A stretch of 64,000 nt of DNA from Cladosporium halotolerans (lineage: Eukaryota). Positions within the stretch are counted from its first letter, which is position 1. Each line of letters opens with the position of its first letter. The notes beneath the pieces are model-generated. The model was given only the letters and a program-made list of their open reading frames with translations. It was not told the DNA's origin and searched no databases. The stretch lies in the NCBI RefSeq assembly GCF_011745625.1, contig NW_027191503.1, positions 1-64,000 on the forward strand, in the 5' to 3' direction. The translations under genes and the position numbers were made by a program. This document shows positions 1 through 12,766 of the stretch, piece after piece.

Positions 1-1078
1 CCCCCCTCCGTAACACAACATCATCGTCCCAAACCCCAGACCCCAGAACCCCAGCTCCCAGCTCCCCCTCCCATCCCAAACCAACATCGCACAGCCTCAA
101 AAACCGCAGCCAGCACCAGCGTACCTACATCCGCGCGCCGCGCGCCGTAAGCGCAGCGCGCAGCCCGTGGCTAGATCCGTACATGTAAAATAGTAAGCCG
201 CACAATCTCCAAACCCCCCGAACGGCCCAAGCTGAGCGAAAGTGCGCCAGGACCGGGGCTCTACAAAGCTACAAAAGGAACACAGACGGCCGCACCTGCC
301 GGCTCGGGGAAATCAGACGTGGGAAATGTCGATTGATTTGTCAGGGCCCGTGGGCCCCTGTAGTAAGGCTTTGATTCTCGCGTGAGAGCGACGTGGCTAT
401 CTCAGCTAATAAGTTGGTAGGGCAAAGAGAACAGACAGCAGCTAAGTAGTGACTCGCCGTCTGGCGGCTGTGGGGCGCGCAAGAGGGGGAGAGGAGGGTA
501 TAATCATCAGTAAGGCAAGGAAATCCATCGCTCGCTTCCTTCGCCGACGTTGCTGCAATGCCTGGACGGTTTCCTATCTTTTTTTTTGTAATGTCATCCT
601 TTCTTATGTTCCACCGGGTCTCACTCTGCTTCATCTCCCGGCCTGGGAACCATGCTTGGTAAGCCGAAATGAAGCTATGCCGCCTCGTGTCAACGCCGAA
701 GAGCCCGCATCAACCAGTGCGGGTAGAGTGGTGTACTTACCTGCCAGCTCTTCGCACTGGCGCGCCGAATCTTCGTCGTCGACGGGCTCGATCAGCCGGC
801 CAGCCCATCGGGGGCTTGTTTTTGTTGTTTTTTCGAATAGATCTCGACGATCTCGTAGGGTTCGCCGAGTTTCAAGCCAGCGCGTCGGCATCGGTCGCGC
901 GGTCTTTTGTGTCTTTGGGCGTGTCCATGCCCGCCTCTTGGGTCTCGTGGAGTCCGATGTTCTCTCGAGCTACACGTCAACGTCAGGCGTGGCAAATCCA
1001 AGGACGCCTTTCAGCTCAGCTAGATTTTGAAGCAAAAAGGAACAAACATCTTCCGACACCTGTCCGTTGTTGGCTTGC

Positions 1079-3108
1079 TCAGGGCCCTTTGCCGTTAGCG
1101 TTGCCGTTGGGCAAGCCGTTCTCCGACTGGCGGCGTTTGGCGGGGTCTTTGTTTTCCTGCGATGGGATGTCAGCGATCGAAAGTTGTACTGCACAGGGCG
1201 GTCGAGAACAAATCGCTGGAACTCCGCCCTCAAAAAAGACACGTACATCGAGTCCTGCGCCGGAGACCGTGCGTTTGTTATTCGCCGGCGCCGCCTGTGG
1301 TGTGCTCTTGGCCGCCTTCGATTTCTTAGCCCGTGTCGGCCGAGCTTCGCCTTCTCCGAAGAGATCGGCTGGGAGGTCGTAGCTTTACAGATGTTAGCGG
1401 TTGCATCTTGGTGAAGGTGTATCAGTGGAGCGGATGGCATGGGAACGTACTTGCGGATGTGCGTAACGCGGATGGAGTTGATGTCAGGGTTGTAGAGGTC
1501 GGCGCTGGTGACGATGTTCTTGTAGTCATGGATGGCATAGGAGATGTCGAGCGACTTCTGGTTCGGCTTTAGGTCAATGCCGACGTAGTAAGTCGTTGTG
1601 TAGATCTTGTGCTTGCCATCCTTTGCGGCCTCGCTTGAATCAGCACCTTCCGCGACGGGCACGGGCATGCCCTCGGCATCCGTCTGAGCAGCGGCTTGCG
1701 TTTGCACATCTCCAGCCGTCTCAGTCGTCTCAGACTCGTTGATCTGATAGTCGAGACCGCCTTGTAAAACGGTATCTGTTTGATCTCCAGGCAAGCATTC
1801 ATGTACGCGATCGAAACCTTTGTTGAAAGGATGCGCGAGCTCGACGCTACTTTGCAGCTCCTCAATCTTCATGATAAGCCTGCGCAGGCGAGCCTGGCAG
1901 AGACCGGACCACGCTTGTTGCGCTTCTTTCGAATGACTAGCCGAAACAACCATAAGATAGTGCTTGTAATCTTTCGTGAAGAATGTGTGTTTCTGGAAGA
2001 GTTCCTTCCATTGTTTGGTGCCGGAGTCGGTAATCTCATTCGTGAGATCAAGGCCCCTCTTCAGCTCCTTCAGCAGAACCTTCTTGGTCGAAGGTCCTAT
2101 GTTGTGCGTCGAGTTCATGGATGGGTATGCGGGTGTAATGATCGGCATGAGATGCTTCTTGTCGTGGAAGCTAGTGTTCGGATCCCACTCACGGAGCTGC
2201 AGAGGCGCGTCTTCTCTGTTTTGGAGTCTGACAGGATCCGGCCATCTCCAATTTGACATGAGCCAGAAGAAACGTGAGACAATGCGGGCGGCAGCGGCCT
2301 TCGGATATAGCTGGCAGACCTTTGCGACCATCATCGCGAACGCGACACCTCCTGGGAAACCAACGATGTTGCCATAGATTGCTCGCCGTTGCGCCCATAG
2401 TTTAACGGCGCGAAGAGCTAGTCGGAATGGCTTCGTTTGAGGGACAGACGTTAGGATGCGATCAGTAACACGAGTGCCGTTGACACATCGAAGATCAACT
2501 TCGTTCAGTCCACGGAGCAAGTTGTTGTCGGTTAATTGGAGTGAGCTAGGGACTGATGCGATCTGGAGATTCGAGAAGATCAGATCAATACTGATTCCGA
2601 AGAGCTCGATTTTGATGATCGGCACGCTGGCGTCGGGTACCGCGGTCAACTCTGTGATGTCCTTCGCGGCAATATTGCTCTTGAGCAGGTCCGGGAAGTA
2701 TTTGAAGAAGTCATCGCGCGTGACATGCTTGGGTGCGACCACCAGTGTGTCAATATCCGATCCTGGCCCGTACACGCCCAAGCTGTAGCTACCATACGTG
2801 AAGACCTTGCCGCCTGCGGTATCCAGGATGGCGGAAGGGAGTTTCTTTGCCCTGCCAACAACTTGTACCAGCTCTTTTGTCAGTTTTTGTAGTTGCCGAA
2901 GAACGTTCTCCCTGATGATCATTGTCAGCGCATGCGGCAGCTCTAGTGCTCTTGCGACAGCCTACCTTTGTTTCCCTTCCTCGGGCGACTCGAAGTTCTT
3001 CTGCGCTTTGAGCTCGGCCATCAACCGGTCGCTGAGCTCAATGTCCTTCGGCGAGGGAGGGTCAATCGACAATGGCTTGAACGGCACATTGTTCTCCGAG
3101 TCCGCCAT
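1079..3108 (-). CDS. PAP1: Poly(A) polymerase, 4 exons (introns about 2912-2965, 1383-1450, 1158-1246)
   Basis: Nucleotidyltransferase motif GSYSLGVYGPGSDIDTLVV, plus CVNGTRVTD, AVKLWAQRRAIY, GFPGGVA and MPIITPAYPSMNSTHN. ATG at 3108 (MADSENN...). Spliced C-terminus ...NGNANGKGP* ends at 1079. Confidence 0.95.
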
Positions 3109-3686
3109 CTTGCGCCTTGAATGTTCGTCCTTTGCTCTTTCTGGGGCCCACGGTTGCACGATTTGCTGAACTGAGGTGTGGCTCGTGGCGTGCAATGAGT
3201 CGACCGTAAGGAGTGAGTATGCGCTACAACACGGGGTCCCGTGCGCCAGACGCCGCGGAGTGGTAGAACGAACTGTGATGGGATCGGAGAGCTGAAGACA
3301 AAACGGCGGTTGAAGGTCGGCGACGGAGCGATGATCAGTTGCGGCGCCTGGAGCAACGGCCCGCCCGTCGCAGCTGGCTTGTTTCTCCACGCAGGGGTCC
3401 CTTGGTTTCGGCTTGATACATGTGACAGATCACTAGAATACATGATAACACGCTTTGATCTAATTACACCATCATCACGATGCACACGTGCGATGATAAC
3501 CCTTCCTTAGCGAGGGCTTGTATCGGGCAATAAATGCGACTATTGAGAATCTGCAAATATGTCTTGAACGAAGCTTCGAATGAATTCACAATCCGTGGTA
3601 CATGACGGAAAATGCGCTCTGAATACGGATCACCGCCGATTAACACCATAACTCCGCGCTTCAATTGAAGGCATCCATAGGGTATC

Positions 3687-4511
3687 TCAAAAGTCCATGA
3701 CAATGCCAGCGACGACCTTCTCCAGGTCACTCTTCTCCAGCCACCTTTCCTCGCTTTGGCTCGCGACCCCATTTTCAACATCCTCCTTCTTTGCCAAAGA
3801 CGATCTTGCGATTGTCTCGCGAATATAGATCTCAAAGTACTTCTCTAACACAGCTAGTGCATGCTTATCAATTTTCGTGTCCTTCGAAGCAAAGTTCTCG
3901 TGCAAGAGGCGAAGGAGGAGAGGGCGGGGTATTGAAGGAACATCGCCTGATTGAGAAGGGACCCGCGGAGCGACGATGTCGTTGACCGAGCCCATATACG
4001 TGTCCATCTCATCTTCTGAGATAGAGAGCGGTGAAGGTTCCTTGCGATTTGGCGGGCGGCCAGGCCTTCGCTTAGCAGGCGCTGTTGGCTGAGGCGGTTG
4101 TCGTGGTCTTGCTGTGAGCGGGTCGTCGGCTAGGTCCTCCTCAGAGTCATCCGCTGCCTCCTTGTTTGTATTATCTGTCCGTCTGCTGGATTCATCTTCA
4201 ATCCCATCCTCGTCCTCGTCACTATCGATGACGCGAGCCTTTCGCTTCGCGCCAGCGTTGCTCGTGCCAGCGGCTATTCCAGTGCGAGCAGAGGCAAAGT
4301 CTGAACCGCTTTTCTTCGCAGCAGGAACACTTGTTCTGCCTGTAGCTGGAATATTCGCACTCGGTGTCCTACTCGCGGGCCGTGAGGTGGTATCCGTGGA
4401 GGTTGACGCGACGCGGGGCACTTGGCTCGGTCGTTGAGGTTTGAAAGGCGGTGGTTTGCGTTTTGACGGAGGGTATGTCACTGTCTCCTTGGGCTCCTTT
4501 CGAGGAGGCAT
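3687..4511 (-). CDS. MHF2: CENP-X/MHF2 histone-fold protein with a long disordered N-terminus
   Basis: C-terminal IPRPLLLRLLHENF..TKIDKHALAVLEKYFEIYIRETIARS...LEKSDLEKVVAGIVMDF resembles the CENP-X fold. Single 274-aa ORF. Confidence 0.8.
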   Translation of the reverse strand: MPPRKEPKETVTYPPSKRKPPPFKPQRPSQVPRVASTSTDTTSRPASRTPSANIPATGRTSVPAAKKSGSDFASARTGIAAGTSNAGAKRKARVIDSDEDEDGIEDESSRRTDNTNKEAADDSEEDLADDPLTARPRQPPQPTAPAKRRPGRPPNRKEPSPLSISEDEMDTYMGSVNDIVAPRVPSQSGDVPSIPRPLLLRLLHENFASKDTKIDKHALAVLEKYFEIYIRETIARSSLAKKEDVENGVASQSEERWLEKSDLEKVVAGIVMDF

Positions 4512-4605
4512 GCTGCCTTCGCTGTTCTTGTGTCAAGGACCAGATGACGGGCTTGTTGCAATGCGAACACTTTCAGGGTAGAGAGGTCAAGAAGCCTCGG
4601 CCATG

Positions 4606-4640
4606 CGCGTCACGTCACTGGCGCGGTGACATGTGACGCG
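4606..4640. promoter_or_regulatory. Imperfect inverted repeat in the divergent MHF2/ARL3 promoter
   Basis: CGCGTCAC-GTCAC-tggcgcg-GTGAC-at-GTGACGCG, containing MCB-like GACGCG half sites. Confidence 0.35.
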
Positions 4641-4812
4641 GATTTAAATCCTGCATCTAATCTGATCGCGATCAGCAATCCTCCGCCCTCCCTTCGCGAA
4701 AGAGTGTACGTGGTCAACCACCACAGCTGCCTGTAACCTCACAAACTGTGCTGTCAAGTCGAATCTCGGGCGAAAGCGCGATGAGACTGAAACCGCACAA
4801 GTGAGCCGGAGA

Positions 4813-5555
4813 ATGTACCATCTGGCCAAATCGCTGTACTTGCACGCTACAAGCAAAGAGGGTAAGCTTAGCATCACGTACAAGAGCTCTTACTTCAACG
4901 TGTGTTACAGACCGCTGACGAAATATCGACTGCAGAGTATTCCATCTTACTCCTCGGCCTCGACAACGCCGGTAAAACCACCCTGCTCGAGCAGATCAAA
5001 AGCTCATACAACCCGGAGCACAATGCGCGGCTGAACACAGTACCAACCGTCGGACAAAATGTCAGTCTGGTGGATCTTGGAGAATGTTACTTGAAAGTTT
5101 GGGACGTGGGCGGACAGCACACGCTGCGAGGCCTGTGGCAGAATTACTACAGTAGCTGTCACGCGATTGTCTTCGTAATCGACAGCACGGATGTAGGCGA
5201 TGCGGACGTGGAAAAGATCAATGAGCATGATACTCCCGGAGGCGGAGGGGTGGATGTAGGACGACTCGAAGAGTGCAAGATAGTCTTGGAGTCTATCCTG
5301 GAGGACCAGCAAACCGAGGGTGTACCTCTGCTGGTCTTAGCGAACAAGCAGGACGCGGAGGACTGCGTTGAGGTGGTCAGGATTAAAGAGGGTCTCGTCC
5401 GGAGAGTCATAGAGGGCGAAAAGGGCGCGAGCGTACGAGACAGTAGGGTGCTGCCATTGAGCGCGTTGACGGGCACGGGTGTCAGGGAGGCTGTGGAGTG
5501 GGTGTGCAGCCGTGTGAAATGGAATAAGGAAGCAAGGCCACCAGTCATGAGGTGA
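4813..5555 (+). CDS. ARL3: ARF-like GTPase Arl3/ARFRP1 (intron about 4862-4935)
   Basis: N-terminus MYHLAKSLY (no Gly2, typical of Arl3/ARFRP1), GLDNAGKTT, PTVGQN, WDVGGQ, LANKQD, SALTG. Confidence 0.93.
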
Positions 5556-6772
5556 GATTAGGGAATAATAACACCACGGTATTGGAAAGACACGTTCGAT
5601 TGGAGGTAATCAAGGTTCGACCCCTACTATTTAAATCGGTGCGGCTCTGGCCCTCCTCGTCGACCGGGAGCTCAAGTTCTCCCACACACCTTGCATGGCA
5701 CTGGAGTCGTTGAATGCATCAAATCGTATCTCGCGTTTCTCGAGCACCATGGCTTGCATTAGCTACCTTGAAAAATAGTCGTCCCTATATTCGTCGCTGC
5801 GAAAGAGCGTATCGAGATCTAAAACGATGAGGCGCCAAGCATGAAGCGCATCACGCATCACCGCCACTGCACTGCTTCACCCGGTTGCTGCGTTCAGGTA
5901 ACTGAACCATCAGCCTCACGCACCATTTGCCCTATCAACAAGCGTATCCGCCTACACCTCCCTGAAACCCGTCACATCCGACCCTCCATCAAGCCACCCT
6001 TGCGACGCGGAAGCGGGAGAGCCCTTCCCACACGCGCCTCAAAGCCCCCCGGGACACCACCAGCGGCCTCAGCACCAGACTACCGGCATTCCGCGCCCCA
6101 TATCTTCCTTATCGAACACGCGGTATCGCTTAGGACGCCTGCTTTTTCCTGCGCCGTGTTTCTGGAATCTCCGACTCTTAGGCGAAGGCCTGTCATTTCG
6201 TTTGTTCGCGCTACAAGCAGGCCCCCCTGGACAAACGGAGACACTCTCGCTGGCCGGGAGTGGCGGTGTGATATCGCCTTGCGTCGTTAGAACAGGGAAG
6301 TTATTGACAACAGTCGCTGTTTGATGGGCGGTGACGAGATGGCTGTCATGGAGGTAAGGCAAATTTCCTTCATTTTTCCCAGGAGAAGTACCTAGGACCA
6401 TGCGCTCCTTCTTCCCACTCCAACCTGGGCCGACTCAACGTTGCTGTTCATCCAATCCGGAGCCACGCCGGAATCGATCAAGAAAACCAACTGTGAAGGG
6501 CAGTGGCGCTGCTGGTAGCCGCAACAGCGTGATGTGATCAGTCACTATCCCGACAGTAACGGTGGTGTTACATTTGTTGCCATTTGTGTAAGTCTATCAA
6601 ACCAGAACCTCCTTCGCTCGTGTCACATCAGCCGTATGGAAAGACGAAATAGTCCTCCGTTATCGTTGCGCATCTGTTCTCGCCACCAGGCCGGCTACAA
6701 AACACCATCTCAACATTGCCACTTGACCTTCGATTCCCATTCTAACAGTTGTTTCCATGTCCAGATCCTGCC

Positions 6773-8129
6773 ATGCATACCCTCTTCAGCTCGAATATCC
6801 TTAGCCCGCCGCCTGCCCCAGCGACCCAACAGAACCCCTTTGAGTTGCTTTTCAACTCGGCAGCGACGAGCAATTCGACAGCTTCTGCCTCAAACTCATC
6901 GGCACACAGCTCACCGATCGAGTACAATCTGTTGACACGACGCTTGCAGGACGAGCGACGCGCAACTGAAGATGCTAGGCATGTCGAGCCCACAGCTGTG
7001 CGGCGAAAGGGGCACCCGAAGCTGTTACTCATGGGCCAGCGAAGGTGAGATGGAATTGGTCCGGCGAGCTTTCTCGAGTTTAGCGACTGACTCTCAGCAG
7101 GAGCGGCAAATCCTCCATCCAGAATGTGATCTTGCAGAAGATGCCGCCCACAGAGACTCTTTATCTCGAATCAACAAATACCGTGAAAACTGTCTCGATG
7201 CAGTGAGTCCAATAGAACCAAAATGTTTTGCCATGTGCTGACGTCCGAATCAGATCTTTCGCTCAATTTGAGATGACGGAGGTTCCCTCACAACTCTCCA
7301 TCGAATCTCCAGAAATCGCATACTCCGAGGCCAACTTCCGCGAACTAGGTACTGTCATCTGGGTCATCGACGTGCAAGATGATTACCTGAGCTCGATCAA
7401 CTCGCTCGTGCACACGGCAGGTTTTCTCGCTGAGAACTACCCGCGAGTGCACTTCGAGGTCTTCATCCACAAGACGGACGGCCTGAGCGAAGAGTACCGT
7501 TACGACGCCTTTAGGGAAGTGCGGCAGCGCGTGCAAGACGAGCTCTCGGACGTCGGCTTCGGGCACCGAGAAGTCGCGTTCCACCAGACGAGCATCTTCG
7601 ACCACTCGATTTACGAAGCGATCAGCAAAGTCGTGCAGAGGCTCTTGCCGCAACTGCCTGCGCTGGAAGCTCTGCTCAACAGATTATGCTCGACCTGCGG
7701 TATGCAGAAGGCATATCTCTTTGACACAGCGAGCAAGATCTACATTGCCACGGATGCGAGTCCGACGTTTCTGAAGGATTACGAGGTGTGCTCTGATTAT
7801 GTCGATGTGATTGTCGACATCAAAGCCCTATACGGCTGGCAACAACCAGCGAAGAAGCCGGCAGGCGGCTCAGATGCCGACGATGAAGGTATCGGCGAGA
7901 GTGTTGTCACGTTTGAAAGGAACGGTGACACCTACATCTACGCTCGAGAGATCACGGAGTAAGTATCACCTCTACAGAATGTTTAACCTGGTAATCGGTG
8001 CTGACGCATACCAGACACCTTTCTTTGATCTGCCTTATGGGTAAAGGCAGTGGAATCGACAAGAGGGTTCTGATTGACTACAATGTCAGTCTGCTACAAG
8101 ATGCCGTGGTGGAAGTGTTCAAAGTCTGA
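6773..8129 (+). CDS. GTR2: Rag GTPase Gtr2/RagC, 4 exons (introns about 7045-7100, 7203-7253, 7959-8014); extra upstream exons possible
   Basis: [53 protein letters not shown] and C-terminal LIDYNV. Confidence 0.92.
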
Positions 8130-8702
8130 TGAGAAGTTGAAGGCTCATCAGATCAGGAAATGCTTTGGTATCATATTAGCGTGTACATTTAAGCGCATAG
8201 TCGTGTACTCGTGTATTGTGCGGTTCGAAATCCCCTTCTGAACAATAGTATCCATGCCGTCGGACGTTTCCTTGATCCGTCGTCTCACATGTGCTAAAAG
8301 ATCGTTAAGCGAGCTCAAGCTCTCGCAGAGCCCCACGGCCCTGCGGCCCACTCCCTCCGCATTGACCGTTGATGACCCTTGCCCTAAAACAAGCTGGCCA
8401 TTTGTCACGATGCCATAGAAGCTCTTGCGCCAGATCACACCATCGCCTTTTACACGCTTCCGGTGCATGCTGATCGCACCAGTTGAGCGCTGAAGGTGCC
8501 AACGAACGAAGTTCGCTCGCGCCTCAACATCCCGTTGAATTCCTAGTTTGGCACGATCGGCCCAATACCCCTCCTTCTACCGGCGAGATCTACGACTTTC
8601 GAGCAACGTGCCGAGGGATCATTGCTTGCGGGCTGGTATAAGAAGCAGGAGAGTCGCTCTGTCAAAAACCGCAAGATTGTACCTGCCGAAGACTAGGCGA
8701 CG

Positions 8703-9551
8703 ATGTCCACCGACAACGATCTAAGAAGGAGGGTTGGACTTCAAGACAAAGACGCGACAGGATCTCAAAATGAAAAGAGTAATAAGGACAAGAAGAGTGC
8801 ATCCAGCAGTGGAGGCGTAGGAGTAGTGGACGTGTTGCGGATATTGGGTGGGCTCTTCCTTCTCAACTGCCTGCTGAGCTACTTCATCACAAACGATTCC
8901 GTGCTCTGGGGCTACCGGCCATGGTTCGTTCGGCCGGCCGCGGTGATGCGATACTTGGTAAGAAATTCAGTACTCAAGTGCAGTTCACACAATCAGGATA
9001 CTAACAAAATTCTACAGCAAGGCCCCGTCTCCCTAACCGATGCCGAGCTCCTCGCCTACGACGGCAGCGACCCAAACAAGCCCATCTACCTCGCGCTCAA
9101 CGGCACGATCTACGACGTCACGGCCGGCCGCCGCGTCTACGGCCCCGGCGGCAGCTACAACGTCTTCGCGGGCAAGGACGCCGCGCGCGGCTTCATCACT
9201 GGCTGCTTCGCGGAGGACTCGACGCCGGACTTGCGCGGCGCCGAGTGGACATACGTTTCGGTCGACGTGCCGGGCTTCGAAGAAAAGGAAGTGACGCCTG
9301 AGCAGAAGAAGCTGAGGGAGCAGGAGCTGCGGAATGCGAGGAAGAAGGTCAAGGATACGATTGAGGGCTGGTCGAAGATGTTTAGGGGAGCAGGCGGGAA
9401 GGATTACTTTGAGGTCGGAACTGTGAAGAGGGAGCCGGATTGGTTGGAGAAGACGCCGAAGAGAGGGCTGTGTGCGCAGGCTCAGAAGAACAGGCCGAAG
9501 CCTAAGACGGCTGGAAAGGACGCTGGTGCGGCGTATAGGCCGGGCGCTTGA
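8703..9551 (+). CDS. Membrane-anchored cytochrome b5-like heme/steroid-binding (MAPR) protein; in-frame 60-nt intron 8958-9017
   Basis: N-terminal TM segment followed by LLAYDGSDPNKPIYLALNGTIYDVTAGRRVYGPGGSYNVFAGKDAARGF. Confidence 0.88.
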   Translation: MSTDNDLRRRVGLQDKDATGSQNEKSNKDKKSASSSGGVGVVDVLRILGGLFLLNCLLSYFITNDSVLWGYRPWFVRPAAVMRYLVRNSVLKCSSHNQDTNKILQQGPVSLTDAELLAYDGSDPNKPIYLALNGTIYDVTAGRRVYGPGGSYNVFAGKDAARGFITGCFAEDSTPDLRGAEWTYVSVDVPGFEEKEVTPEQKKLREQELRNARKKVKDTIEGWSKMFRGAGGKDYFEVGTVKREPDWLEKTPKRGLCAQAQKNRPKPKTAGKDAGAAYRPGA

Positions 9552-9911
9552 GATGTTGAAGCTGTGATCAAATAGATGCGTAAAGCGATGATTATCTCAA
9601 TCGGAAGGACGTGTTCTTCACCACTTAACGTCCTTGCATGTCCCAGTGAGAATGATAGCTTTGGGTGGCTAGTAGCATGGTCGTGTACTTCCATCAGGCC
9701 ATTCTCTTCGTGGTTTTCGCATCGACGAGCTCTGGTAACCCTCATACACACCGCATCACATGGATAGCCTCTCGTTATGATAACGTAATTGAAACGGGAC
9801 AGCAATTCAGCGGAAAAAAATGTGGCAAGCGGTTGATGTCAAGCTACCTGCTCCAAACCGCAGTCCTCAATACGCCGTGATATCATGCAATGCCACCAAC
9901 CCAAACTTCAT

Positions 9912-10472
9912 CTACTCCTGGGCAACAGCGCGGGCTGCAGTCACATGTTAGTGTCCAGTGATTCCGATAGTTGTATCCTCGAGTTGAACGTACTGTAGAT
10001 GTTGCAGGTGTTGTGACCGACAACCTTCTTGATTGTGCCCTGGGCTTCGAGATCGTTCAGGGCCTTGCGGGCGAGGGAGCCGTTGATCTTCAGGCGATCG
10101 ACGAGGACGGCGACGGTGATCAGACGGTAGGACTGGACATCCTTGTTGAGACGCTCCTGGAGGGTCTTGTCGAGGATGACGGCGTGGACGGCCTTGTCCT
10201 TGACTATTGTGCGAATCTACGTTAGCGCTCGTTCCATTCCGGATATCCTGGTCGGCTCGACGACGTCGCTCGATGTCTCGGTTGTTTCGATATCGTGCGC
10301 GATGCGAGACGGTGTTTAATGTTGTCGCCGTGTCGCACGGGGGGAGATGGAGGATGGTGTTCGCGTACCCTTGCCCTTGGACCACTTCTTCTTTTGCTTT
10401 CCGGCGGGAGGCTATTGCATTGTTAGTACGAGCAGCCTTTCGTCGCTTCCAGGCGCGGCGGGCACATACCAT
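9912..10472 (-). CDS. RPS25: 40S ribosomal protein S25, 4 exons; first coding exon is the ATG only
   Basis: Spliced product M|PPAGKQKKKWSKGK|VKDKAVHAVILDKTLQERLNKDVQSYRLITVAVLVDRLKINGSLARKALNDLEAQGTIKKVVGHNTCNIY|TRAVAQE*. Donors GTATGT, GTACGC and GTACGT. Confidence 0.95.
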
Positions 10473-10922
10473 GATTGTTGTCTGTCCGAGGAGAGTAGTT
10501 CGATACGCTGTGGTCGGATGCCCGGTTTGAAAAGGAATGAGTGCGGCTTTCCGTGGCTTGGCGAGCGGGGAGCGAAATTGTGCGCAGCCAGAACGTCACG
10601 TGCGGGCCGGCTTTGTGCCTGCCGTTTGGCTTTCACGGCTTTCAATTCTGGGGGACCCAGTAACGTAGTGCCAGCTTTGGACGTCACTGGATCAACCTTC
10701 AAATTGATGGTGTATGGATAATGTTCAGTTTGACAATATTGCCGCTATTGATGATCACTAGTACTGCCCTCATATGATGCTGATTGCTGCCAAACGCTCG
10801 CAGTATGGAACCTGCAAGATTTTGGCACAGAGACGAATCGCTATGCGCTCAACAGCCATCTCGACAGCCAGACCGATTACGGCAAGAGCAGTAGCTGCTC
10901 TGATAATCACGGTGGGCGGCGG

Positions 10923-12082
10923 CTACTCTTGCTCGCTTTTTGGAGTGTGTAATCGATCTTCCGGCACTTGGCTATTGCGAAGTGCCTTGGCCAAGGCTGT
11001 GGCCTCATCGAACCCATTGTTGATGATCTGAATGTCATCCTCTTCTAACAGCTGATGGTCGCCGTCGTGAAGCTTCTGACCTGAGCAATTCGGCAGGTGC
11101 AGTGCTGTCTCAAGGGCAGCGTTCTCACCAAGCCCACCGTTCATGCTGCGGACATCTTCATCATTGAAACCTTCATCTGCTTCCCCCTCAGGTTGTTGGC
11201 CTGTGGTTGTTTGCGTGTTTAGCATAAGCACGCCGCCCAGACCACGAACTCCGGATCCAGAGCCGTTAGCGCGCAAGAGTTTATTAGGAGACTCAAGGGT
11301 GTCCAAATATCTTCTCTTGCCGCCAGCCTGGGTATTTGGGGTGGCTCTGGCGAATATACTACCGTCCATATCGACGCTTTGTGGTCCACTTCTGCTTCCC
11401 AGACCTCCGCTCATGAAAAGATTTGATCGCTCACTAGACGGCCTCTCGTTATAGCCATCTTCTGGTCCACTCGGCCCGGGACGCATAGGTGGCCTCTCGT
11501 CAGTTCCCGGACAATCTGGCCTATTGGGGCCTGATCTGTTTGGTGGTCCTCTGCCATGATCGCTATCATAGCCAGATTCATCTGATGAGCTGTCACTGTC
11601 TGTCGGTTTATCCGGAAGACCTCTCGCAGTCCGAGCTTGTTTGCGCCTCGTCGCGTTCCGTGACCTGCGCTTGCTCTCTTGACGGCATTCTCTTTCGAGC
11701 GCCTTCCGCCTTGGATCTTTGGATTGTACCAACTCCAATTTGATTGATTCGATATCATCCGCATTCTCAGCCATGAGGTAGCTCCAGGCGAGCCAGAGAA
11801 TCTTCCTCTGCATCAACTCTTTTTCTTTTGGTCTACTGCTGCCGAAGTATCTGGGGTCAAAGAGGGACTCCCAAGCCACTTCGCCGAGCATAGGGTCGCC
11901 AGGGACTGGTTCACCGTGAGGTTTGGAGTGAAGAGCGATCTCTGGCACATAGTTCACATCCTCAAGGCTGGCCTCGTCGATGATGGGCGCAAACCAAACT
12001 TCGGTCCAGTCGCTGCGCCTTCGGTCCAGTCGCTGCGCCGAAGGCCCACCAGTATCCGCTGACGAGATGCTCTAATCACCAT
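10923..12082 (-). pseudogene. Hypothetical protein apparently frameshifted by a 20-bp tandem duplication (pseudogene or assembly error)
   Basis: The 344-codon ORF lacks an early ATG. Removing one copy of the duplicated 20-mer puts ATG 12082 in frame (MVIRASRQRILVGLRRSDWTEVWFAPIIDEASLEDVNYVPEI...). Confidence 0.5.
11999..12038. repeat. Perfect 20-bp tandem duplication CTTCGGTCCAGTCGCTGCGC x2
   Basis: Directly visible at 11999-12018 and 12019-12038. Confidence 0.95.
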
Positions 12083-12766
12083 GGCCTTCTGAGTGGTAGA
12101 CGGTTCTCTTCGGGGTAGCGTTCACTGTATTTCGCAACGATCTCTCAGCTTATTCGTGAAGAGGTTGTCCCGGTTGAACCTCTTCTAAGATAGTATAAGG
12201 TTCTGAGTGTGTCTGTTGGATGGAGGCGATTGTTACAGTGTCGGAGAAGTGGAGGGATGACTGAAGTAATATATGGACCATCAGACACATGTGAATGCTT
12301 TAATCTTGATCCCCACGTGAGTACTTGACCAACGTTCAATGCGACATGTTGGCCATTCAGTAAGTGATGCTCCTGATGTGACGTTGGGAGTGTGAAAAAG
12401 TTATAAGGAAAAATTAAGCTGACAAAAGATCAGGCACCTGCTGTTGTTTAGAAAAGAAGTCTTGGAACATACCCCAGGGGGTCATGTATTCAGTTTTGGT
12501 GTTCTCGAGTAATGTGTTTGTTTATTTGAGCCTCATCCTTCGACACGTCGCTCCACACACATGCTTACCCAAGTTCTGCGCACTCGAAGGGCTTCTCGTC
12601 TGCTGGCTCTGATTCATTTCACAGCTTTTTCGGAACCGGCCCGTGCATCACTCGGGGGGTCCTGATCTCCACGAGTCTCGAATACTTCGAGCTTTATGCC
12701 TGAGTGGCCAACATCACTTGTCGGAGACCCTCAACCCATCCTACAACCTCGCACCTGCCAATCCCC

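Noticed and set aside
734..900. TACTTACCTG resembling the U1 snRNA 5' end
   Set aside because: No U1-70K loop, ATTGCAC loop or recognisable U1 fold follows. It is better explained as a minus-strand GTAAGT donor of an unresolved transcript at the window edge.
5610..8240. Box-B-like GGTTCGA at about 5614 and 8222 (tRNA?)
   Set aside because: No cloverleaf, acceptor stem or box A could be built around either site.
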